Notes under the pieces: model-generated
Told to the model about the DNA's origin: nothing
What the model saw: only the letters and a program-made list of their open reading frames with translations
Databases searched by the model: none
Source: Rebecca billardiae RCC1528
Taxonomy: Eukaryota; Protista; Haptophyta
NCBI GenBank assembly: GCA_965240325.2
Contig: OZ251226.1
Coordinates: 1,488,001-1,552,000 of the forward strand
Length of the DNA stretch: 64,000 nt
Direction: 5' to 3'
Shown here: in pieces, positions 36,692 through 43,569 of the stretch
Numbering within the stretch: the first letter of the stretch is position 1
Layout of the letters: the number at the start of each line of letters is the position of its first letter
Made by a program: the position numbers and the translations under genes

Positions 36692-38617
36692 GCCGGCAGT
36701 GTAGCCGATCTGCGTGATGTCGTTGCCGTGCTTGTCGAGCCCAAACTTGCGCAGCAGGCTCGACGTGATCATGTCGGCCTGGTCGGGGTACGACTGGATG
36801 ATGTTCTCGTACTCGGAGACGGTGAGGGCGAGCAGCGTGACGTAGCCGGCGGAGGAGGCCATCACCGTGTACGGCTGGTGGATGCCGAGGAAGAAGGCGA
36901 GCTCGCCCACCACTTGGCCCGGCCCGAGGTCGGCGAGGATGGTCGCCACGTTCTCGTCGCCCTTGCGCACGTAGAGGGTGCCGCCCACGCACCACAGCAG
37001 CTCGGTCGCGCCCTCGCCCTGGAAGAAGAGAGGCTCTCCGGGCATGACAAAGCGCTCGCGCACGGCGAGGACGATCTGGCCGAGGAACTGCGGCGAGCAG
37101 CCGTGCAGCACCCACGTGGCCTGCATCTCGCGCAGGTACTGCGCCGACGCGACCTGCGTGCGCAGCGAGGGCGGCATCTGCTGGAACACCTTGCCCGAGC
37201 TGGACGAGCTCTTGTGGTGCTGTGCGGCGCCGACAGATGCGCGCGCCGGGGGCCGGGGCGCGAAGCGGAGCGTGTGAGCCCGCGCGGCGCGCGCGGGGGG
37301 AGCGCATGCTGGCCGCGCAGCACGGGGCGCGCGGCGTACCTGGAACTCGAAGTGCGCGCGCACGCGCCCCGCGACCGCCGTCGGCAGCTTGTTGGCGCGC
37401 GTGTACCCGTCGACGGCCTTCATCAGCTCCTTGAAATGGACCGTCGACTCGTCCACGCGCACGAGGTAGTGGAAGAGAGTACCGAGCACGAAGGCGTAGA
37501 AGACGATCTGCAGGATCATGATGACGATGGCGAAAGACGCCTCGGGCTCGCGCGCCGTGAGCTGCACCGAGCCGTAGCCCATCGACGTGATGCCCGCCCA
37601 GCCCATGTACGACGAGAGCAGGTACGCCTGCCAGCCCGTAGCGTGCATCGGGTCGAAGTCGTCGTTGTGTGTCCACTGCGCGGGCCACGAGGGCAGCTTG
37701 AGCGCCTCGGTCTGGTCCACCGCGCGCTCGGAGAGGAGCCACCACACGCAGCTCACCCAGTGCGGCACCGAGACGAGCACGAGCACAAACTTGAACGAGG
37801 CGAAGAAGGTGACGTTGGTCGTGAGGTCCGTCGACATGCGGTGCATGTGCGCGAGCAGGTCGTTGACGCGCGCACAGCGCACGACCTGGCCAAGCGTCCA
37901 CACCCACTGGAAGCCGAGGAAGATGAAGAGTGCGCGCCCCACGTGCAGAGTGGCGATGATCGCGACGTCGACCAACATGCGACGGCACGTCGGTGGCTGC
38001 TGCCCAACGCGCTCGAAGCGCTTCTTGTACCGCACGCGCGCACACATGTATGCGAACTCGTACAGGTCGATCACGATGTCGACGAGGATGCCGCCGGGGG
38101 AGGCGAGCAGCATCGACGGGAACGCCACGCGCACGGGGATAAGCAGCTCCTCCAGCGCGAGAAACCACAGGCGCGCCGCCGCGAAAGCGCGCAGGAATCC
38201 CATCCTCTCTGCGGCCGCGACTGTTCGGTTGGCGTCATCGGATGCTGGGTCGACCGCGATCGGCTTGTCGTCGTGGCCGACGAGGACCGTTCGCCACGTG
38301 ACGTGCCGCTCCCCGGGCGCTTGCGTGGGCTCGGGGCTTGCGTCCACCGCCTGCCCACGCGTCGGCATCTTCGCCGGAGAGTCCGGAAGCCGCAGAATGC
38401 CCTTGGTGGTAGGCTGCGTGCTGCTGGCATCCTCCTGCGCGCTCTGCAGGCCGAGAGCGGAGCGTGCGCGGTTCGCTGCGCTGCGCGATTTGTCCTTGGC
38501 CTGCTCAAAGCTGCGCGTGCCCAGCAGCGAGGATGGCCTGTCCTCGCCGCCCTTTACGAGGGGCGACGTCTCGCGCCCGGTGCTCGGCGGGCCGCGGCGA
38601 GTGTCGGGAGAGCTCAT
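1..38617 (-). CDS. Giant channel-photoreceptor fusion, 3' partial: 6TM K+ channel-CNBD-ankyrin-(LOV-RGS-LOV)x17-6TM channel-CNBD; predicted join(38617..37340, 37219..199, 77..<1), >=12,792 aa in window
   Basis: Minus frame whose codons start at plus positions 2 mod 3. The ORF track lists no minus ORF in this frame below the in-frame stop at 38795-38797, as expected if it is open to the edge. First ATG is at 38617 (gccacgATG). All repeat periods are multiples of 3. Manual translation gives recognisable domains along its length. Confidence 0.9.
78..198 (-). other. Predicted intron, 121 nt, phase 1
   Basis: GAAG|GTGCGC donor at 198 and TCGCAG acceptor at 78. The spliced product continues YDE-A-GSHRSALSARSKMSARSKMSRMSGD. 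Confidence 0.65.
230..829 (-). other. Domain: C-linker and CNBD-like domain 2
   Basis: VYDMLPMSLQLEVSKH...LLAECSEGFKDRFASVLKERRIEPETTVFRMGEVCNELFVIKSGSIE...YSLTRDAYKALIKTYP. Confidence 0.85.
830..1640 (-). other. Domain: second 6TM ion-transport module with non-canonical pore
   Basis: S1 FETLFLYVTAWDSIVIPVAVCF; S2-S3 IARHYLARDFPLDCFACWP; S4 LRVLRMINMRYLR; S5 YAAHLGSCIWNL; pore QYLMCLFFVMSMLTSLGLTQLP; S6 ELLFFVVAMIVNMTVYAWTVGQISALV. Confidence 0.85.
2689..34260 (-). repeat. Coding tandem array of 17 LOV(B)-RGS-LOV(A) units, 1683-1920 bp period
   Basis: GRNCRFLQG of LOV-A at low coordinates 3125, 5036, 6881, 8765, 10634, 12536, 14456, 16376, 18296, 20216, 22136, 24056, 25976, 27887, 29570, 31376, 33077. 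LOV-B at 4061, 5972, 7817, 9701, 11570, 13472, 15392, 17312, 19232, 21152, 23072, 24992, 26912, 28817, 30500, 32306, 34007. Between them SLQRLTEDPQSYDAFRGFLKETKEDRELEFWSEARKL...LASDALARFVRSPAC matches the RGS-box pattern. Confidence 0.95.
35640..36480 (-). other. Domain: ankyrin repeats (~9, in three triplets)
   Basis: GYDARTTMHLAAADGSFKVVQLLCELGADVNAKDRWGCTPM; NYDDRTALHIAAADGNVRVVEHLMSHLADVNAEDKRGRKP; DYDGRTAFHRVASAG...DRWGASP. Resembles the ankyrin tail of plant AKT1/SKOR-type channels. Confidence 0.9.
36626..36694 (-). repeat. (GGC)n coding repeat, Gly14-Ser-Gly8 linker
   Basis: gcc run on the plus strand between CNBD1 and the ankyrin repeats. Confidence 0.9.
36770..37449 (-). other. Domain: C-linker and cyclic-nucleotide-binding(-homology) domain 1 (span includes intron 37220-37339)
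   Basis: HFEFQ/HHKSSSSSGKVFQQMPPSLRTQVA...LHGCSPQFLGQIVLAVRERFVMPGEPLFFQGE...LGPGQVVGELAFFLGIHQPYTV. Confidence 0.85.
37220..37339 (-). other. Predicted spliceosomal intron, 120 nt, phase 0, stop-free
   Basis: CAG|GTACGC donor and GCACAG acceptor. Removal restores C-linker HFEFQHHK; retention inserts 40 Arg/Ala/Pro-rich residues. Confidence 0.75.
37450..38200 (-). other. Domain: N-terminal 6TM ion-transport module with K+ selectivity filter
   Basis: S5 FKFVLVLVSVPHWVSCVWWLL; pore AYLLSSYMGWAGITSMGYGSV (ITSMGYG at 37571-37591); S6 FAIVIMILQIVFYAFVLGTLFHYL. CNBD-channel (KCNH / plant Shaker-like) layout. Confidence 0.88.
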
Positions 38618-38990
38618 CGTGGCGAGGAGAGAAGGCGAGCTGACAAGCGCCGGGCAGGGCGGCTGGCCCAGATCACCCGCAGGAGATCGCCTCGGCTCTC
38701 CTCCTTTTCCAGACGGGACCGCGGCCGATCGTGATTCGTGAATTCTCGCGCCGACTAGAGACCTCCTCGCCCGCGGAAGCAAGCTTTCGACGGCCTAGGT
38801 AGGCGGTTCGGGCAAGTTCGTCAATGTCGCCGAGACTAGCGGGCGTATGTTTCGGAGCCCGGGCGAAGCCGCGGCGGCCCGGCGAGTTCTGCAGGCGAAA
38901 AAAGCAGCTGTTACGATACCGTTTGACAAGACAGACTCACGAACAGCTATTTCAAGGGCGTTCCCGGGATCCTGCCACACGCTCCCGAAA

Positions 38991-39021
38991 AGCAATGCCC
39001 CCCCCTGGGGGGGGCATTGCT
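38991..39021. repeat. Perfect inverted repeat, 15-bp arms, 1-nt spacer
   Basis: AGCAATG-C8-T-G8-CATTGCT. Confidence 0.9.
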
Positions 39022-40052
39022 ACCGGACTGGCGCGGGCCGTAATCAAATGTACCCGCTTCAAATAGAGGAAGCCAATTTCAATAGGAACGCGGTTCCGAT
39101 TTGGCGTATGACCAGTGCGGGGAACGCCCCTGGCATCCAAAGGACCATCAACCATAACTTGATGGGAGCCGAACGGACGCGTGAGGTCTGATTTGGTTGA
39201 TGGTTACTTTAGCTATGACTTACTACTTTACAGTTACTGCTGCGCTTATTGGCCACTACAATCACGGACAGGTGTCGTCAGCGTCGTTTTCTCACTCACG
39301 CAACATGCATGAACACACCGTCGGAGCCGTCGTTTCACGATGAACAATGTCAGACACGATTGCAGGGGCGATACCTAGTGCTGAAGTGCAGGGTCGCGCC
39401 GGAGATCGGCGTCACGGGCTCACGGCGGGTCGGAGCCAGCTCTCCAGCCAGGCAACACGATCAGCCAGATGATTACCTTACCGACTAGGAACCGAGCAGA
39501 GGGGCTGCGGCCGGTGCACTTCCTGGTAGTAAGTGGCAGACTCCAGGCGGGGGTCGATGCCGGCGGTCGCGGAGAGACGGTCTCGGAGTCGGAGAGTGTG
39601 CACACATCTGTGGTCCGATGCAGGCGGGTCCCCCTGCCCAGCTTGGCGCCTGATGAGTCGTCGCGAGCAGCCCGGTCGGCCGGTCGTCGTCGTGGCTCCC
39701 CGGCCCCGCCATCAGCCCGACAAATAAGGTGATGATGCCGAACCGGACTCGGGCCCGGCCCGACCGCCGCCCCCGGACCGGGTCCGGGCCGACGACGGCA
39801 ACGAGTGCCGCGGGCCCAGACCTAGCCCTAGGGCTACCATCCAAGTACCAGGCCTAGATACAGCCGCTCATGACAGCCACGCCTCATAATGAGACAAAGT
39901 CGTCGTCATCGGCATTGCCAATGCGTCGTCGTCGTCATTGATCTCACTCTCTCTCTCTCTCTCTCTCATCTCTATATATATTCGTCATCTGCTTACGATC
40001 ATCATAGACATACTACGTCTTAGTCAACCGAATTATCATCATCATAGACGGT

Positions 40053-40364
40053 TGTCAAAGGAATCGCCAATCTACAGTGATTTCCAATTTCCAATCCAAC
40101 ATTTTACTCGCAGTCACACAGTGGCGGCGCGACCGCTGCGGCGGCGCTCGCACAAAATCCTCCAAAATCAACCTGAACCTCATCCTAAAATACAGCAGGA
40201 CAGCATGGCTGGCGGCGGCATCTCGAAGTATTCCAGATGATTCTGAATGAACGCGGAAACATGAGCCGAGCACCACGAACACGTTGTGCTCCGCACCGCA
40301 AGGCAAGAGCCGAAGCCGTCGACCGACCTCGCGACCGTCAAGCCTCGAGACGCGTTCCCTGACA
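40053..40364 (+). repeat. 5' LTR
   Basis: Direct repeat of 43193-43504 with TG...CA ends. Confidence 0.95.
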
Positions 40365-42931
40365 TGCTAGCACGGTGCTGGGAGAACTTGGGCAAGGATG
40401 GAGACGACGAGAACAGCGGCAAGGACGTGAACGGCCATCAGCCCGCCCCAGTTGCTCCCCTCATTGGGTTGAAGCCAGGCGTGGCAGAGCGCGCGGCATT
40501 GCCGCGCTGCTCATCGGCGATCGCGCGCAAGCGCACGCCAGACTACCTCGCCGCTGCCCTGAGGGGCATGCAGGCTGAGAAGAACCGGCAAGGCGAGAAG
40601 CTCACGCTTCTCCGCAAGCCCATCTCCAGCGCCTCCGGGCCTGGCAACATCGCTGACCTGAACTCAGGCAGCATCGTGTCGTATGCGCGCAATGCTGCAT
40701 CGCACGCAAGGCCTCGAGCCGACATCAAGGATCACCTTGAGGAGGAGGTTCGCGCACAGCGCGGTGAGGAGGAGCGTTGCCGCTCGCATCCCCCGCCATC
40801 GCGCCACTCCATCCGCACGCACGTCGTTGCGCAGGGGATCTCAACAACTACCGCCCGGGACTCTGCGCCCGCGAGCGCGGTTCAAGAGCGCGCGGCTGAG
40901 AGCCCGCAGCTCAAGGAGTGCCTTGCGGCCTCCGAGTCATCGAACGAGGTCACCGAGCGTTCCGGGGCAGATGTAGCGCTCGACGCTGCTGCCGCTGATG
41001 CCGCTCCGACCGTCGAGGCCCTCGAGCCTGCCAACGCTGCTCGGCGTGCTGGCCTTCTGGCCGCCGCCAATGACAGCGCGGTCGTGACCGCAGTCAGTCT
41101 GCAGCCTCGCTCGCACGACTCTGTGTCTGAGTCTGACCGATCGAACGATGACATTAACACCGATGAGTGCGACGCAAACGACCTGTATGGTCTGGCAGAG
41201 CAAACTATGCTCCAAGATGCTACGACACGTGACTCTGTCACAGCGAGCTCAAGCATCAAGTCAGCGGCCGCATTTATTATTGATGCGCCTGACCCAAACA
41301 AATACGTTTACCCCAAAATTACCAGCCTCACGATGGCTTCCGAAGCCGAGCTGCTCGCCACGAGCGACACAAGCAGCCGCGAGATGACCGCCGCAGAGAC
41401 GGCAGAGTCCTCGTCTGGCACGTATCGACTCGCGTCGAACGTAGGAAGCGCATGCGATGCAGGGGGGGCATCATACACCTGCTTGACGGCAAAGCCGCAG
41501 CAAAACCAAGTTGGCGAGCGCGACGCGCGTGCGCATGCATCAGCTGCGTCAGCCATCACAACGCCACACTCTTGCAAGGAAGAGTATTCCGCCGAAGCTG
41601 CCGCGGATGCACATGCATCACCGCTGGACAGAACGAGCGTGAAGAAGCCCAAAGAAGGCACCACAGCCTCGACGAGGGTCACTCCTCGCTCGAAGGTAGA
41701 GCGCGAATCGCCACAGAGCGCGCGCGACACATCGACCAATGCACTTGAGTCGAAGAAACGTGACTGGATAGTCATCGAAGGAGGAGTCACAGACTCTAAT
41801 CCAACCAAGAAGGAACGTGTGTTCATGGCACGCGAATCCTCGGCAGGAGTGGATACACCCGCCACACACAAGCTGACACAGTCGGCTCTGAAATCCAAGC
41901 GCGCGGTACACAGCGCGATACGGGATGCACTCGCAGAAGTGAGCACCTACTACAAGGGCAAATCCTCAGATGTCACACCTGACATAATGGAGCCCAAGGA
42001 TAGCAAGCTATCCGGCTTTCAACTCATTGCCAAAGACAAATGGGTGAAAGACGCAGCCAAAATCGATCCATACAAGGCTGACAACGCTGACGCCAACAAG
42101 ATCGGATCGGTCTACGATCGATCTGCGGCAGCGATATTCAAGCAGCTGAAGGACTCTATTGAGCCTCAGTTATTCGCCTATCTGGAATCGAAGCTGCACA
42201 TCAGCGATCCGACCAAGAACTACTTGGATCTGGCGCTGCTGCTACAGATATTTGAGCGCGAGCTCAAGATCACAACTATGTCCGAACTCAGGGATGAATT
42301 CCTGAAGTTATACCCGACAAAGGTGTCGCCCATTGGCGCATCGGACATTATCAAGAAATCCGTCGAGCAAGTCCGCTCATCTCGATATGGGAATCTGGAC
42401 GATGCTACGATGTTGGTCTTCAAGCTGTATAACAGCATGCACGACCATCCCCAAGTCTACGAGTCAGTTATCTCGCACTTCGGAGCGCTCACGCCCGAGC
42501 AATGTGTGGATAACACTGACCAGATAATGGCCCAGATGGAAGATGCCTACAAACGGCACGGCTCAATGAAGCTACTCCATCAGAACAATACCAAGGGGAG
42601 AGAGACCGAAAATTATTCCAAGATACGCCAAAATGCTGATTATCAGCAAGGCACGCGGCGACGCGGTGACTTTGAGGGCGCCGAAGTCTTCGCCGCTCAG
42701 GCCCAAAAGGCTCCAGCCAATGGCGAGAGCGGGCCGAATAACTCGGACACCGGCAAACGGTGCACTCACTGTGGTCTCAAGAACCATACTGCCCAGCAGT
42801 GTTGGAAGCTCCACCCAGAGCTACGCCCCAAGGCCAACAATTACAACAAAGGCAAAAACAAGGGAGCCAACAAATTTCCCAAGGAGCGTATCCATTTCCT
42901 GGATATTCCTGCTCCGGATGCCTATGATTAA
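40364..42931 (+). CDS. gag: Gag-like protein with long low-complexity N-terminus (855 aa from first ATG)
   Basis: C-terminal zinc knuckle CTHCGLKNHTAQQCWKLHPE (CX2CX4HX4C), preceded by a probably helical capsid-like region, all between the LTRs. Confidence 0.8.
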   Translation: MLARCWENLGKDGDDENSGKDVNGHQPAPVAPLIGLKPGVAERAALPRCSSAIARKRTPDYLAAALRGMQAEKNRQGEKLTLLRKPISSASGPGNIADLNSGSIVSYARNAASHARPRADIKDHLEEEVRAQRGEEERCRSHPPPSRHSIRTHVVAQGISTTTARDSAPASAVQERAAESPQLKECLAASESSNEVTERSGADVALDAAAADAAPTVEALEPANAARRAGLLAAANDSAVVTAVSLQPRSHDSVSESDRSNDDINTDECDANDLYGLAEQTMLQDATTRDSVTASSSIKSAAAFIIDAPDPNKYVYPKITSLTMASEAELLATSDTSSREMTAAETAESSSGTYRLASNVGSACDAGGASYTCLTAKPQQNQVGERDARAHASAASAITTPHSCKEEYSAEAAADAHASPLDRTSVKKPKEGTTASTRVTPRSKVERESPQSARDTSTNALESKKRDWIVIEGGVTDSNPTKKERVFMARESSAGVDTPATHKLTQSALKSKRAVHSAIRDALAEVSTYYKGKSSDVTPDIMEPKDSKLSGFQLIAKDKWVKDAAKIDPYKADNADANKIGSVYDRSAAAIFKQLKDSIEPQLFAYLESKLHISDPTKNYLDLALLLQIFERELKITTMSELRDEFLKLYPTKVSPIGASDIIKKSVEQVRSSRYGNLDDATMLVFKLYNSMHDHPQVYESVISHFGALTPEQCVDNTDQIMAQMEDAYKRHGSMKLLHQNNTKGRETENYSKIRQNADYQQGTRRRGDFEGAEVFAAQAQKAPANGESGPNNSDTGKRCTHCGLKNHTAQQCWKLHPELRPKANNYNKGKNKGANKFPKERIHFLDIPAPDAYD

Positions 42932-43192
42932 CTATCAAGGCAGGGCATGACCCAATAACAAGGTCCAAAATCAAGAGTGAACATATGGTGCAAATAAGCC
43001 CAGGACTGACTCGGGTTACCCAAAACCGTCACACGGAAGTCCCAGCACATGACCCGTATCCTGGCATTGGCAACCAGCATTACTGACTCCAATTCACTCA
43101 TGCACACAGATGCACAAACAATACCAAGCCCAAAATCACTCATAATCCAAGCTTAGTCCTCACAGACGAGCGCATATTGGATTGAGGGGGGG

Positions 43193-43504
43193 TGTCAAAG
43201 GAATCGCCAATCTACAGTGATTTCCAATTTCCAATCCAACATTTTACTCGCAGTCACACAGTGGCGGCGCGACCGCTGCGGCGGCGCTCGCACAAAATCC
43301 TCCAAAATCAACCTGAACCTCATCCTAAAATACAGCAGGACAGCATGGCTGGCGGCGGCATCTCGAAGTATTCCAGATGATTCTGAATGAACGCGGAAAC
43401 ATGAGCCGAGCACCACGAACACGTTGTGCTCCGCACCGCAAGGCAAGAGCCGAAGCCGTCGACCGACCTCGCGACCGTCAAGCCTCGAGACGCGTTCCCT
43501 GACA
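43193..43504 (+). repeat. 3' LTR
   Basis: Direct repeat of 40053-40364, preceded by a PPT and followed by the TSD. Confidence 0.95.
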
Positions 43505-43569
43505 ACGGTCAATATAGTTGCGCTGAGATAGTTAGAATATATCGTACTCGTAGTCAGCATGTCGCATCA

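Larger units (their letters stand above)
40053..43504 (+). mobile_element. Non-autonomous gag-only LTR retrotransposon, probably Copia-related, 3452 bp
   Basis: Two 312-bp LTRs that read as identical, with TGTCA...TGACA termini. 5-bp TSD ACGGT (40048-40052, 43505-43509). Polypurine tract GAGGGGGGG before the 3' LTR. One internal ORF with a CCHC knuckle; no recognisable pol. Confidence 0.93.

Noticed and set aside
11-38734. Long plus-strand ORFs (505, 564, 567, 843, 1039 aa and others) rich in R/H/L/A
   Set aside because: They share codon boundaries with the real minus frame and are antisense shadows of GC-biased coding. Silent changes in the minus frame create stops in them (e.g. 14612-14614, 23897-23899).
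38991-39031. Helitron 3' end (hairpin followed by CTGG)
   Set aside because: CTGG is not followed by the expected T target base, and no 5' end or Rep/helicase is visible.
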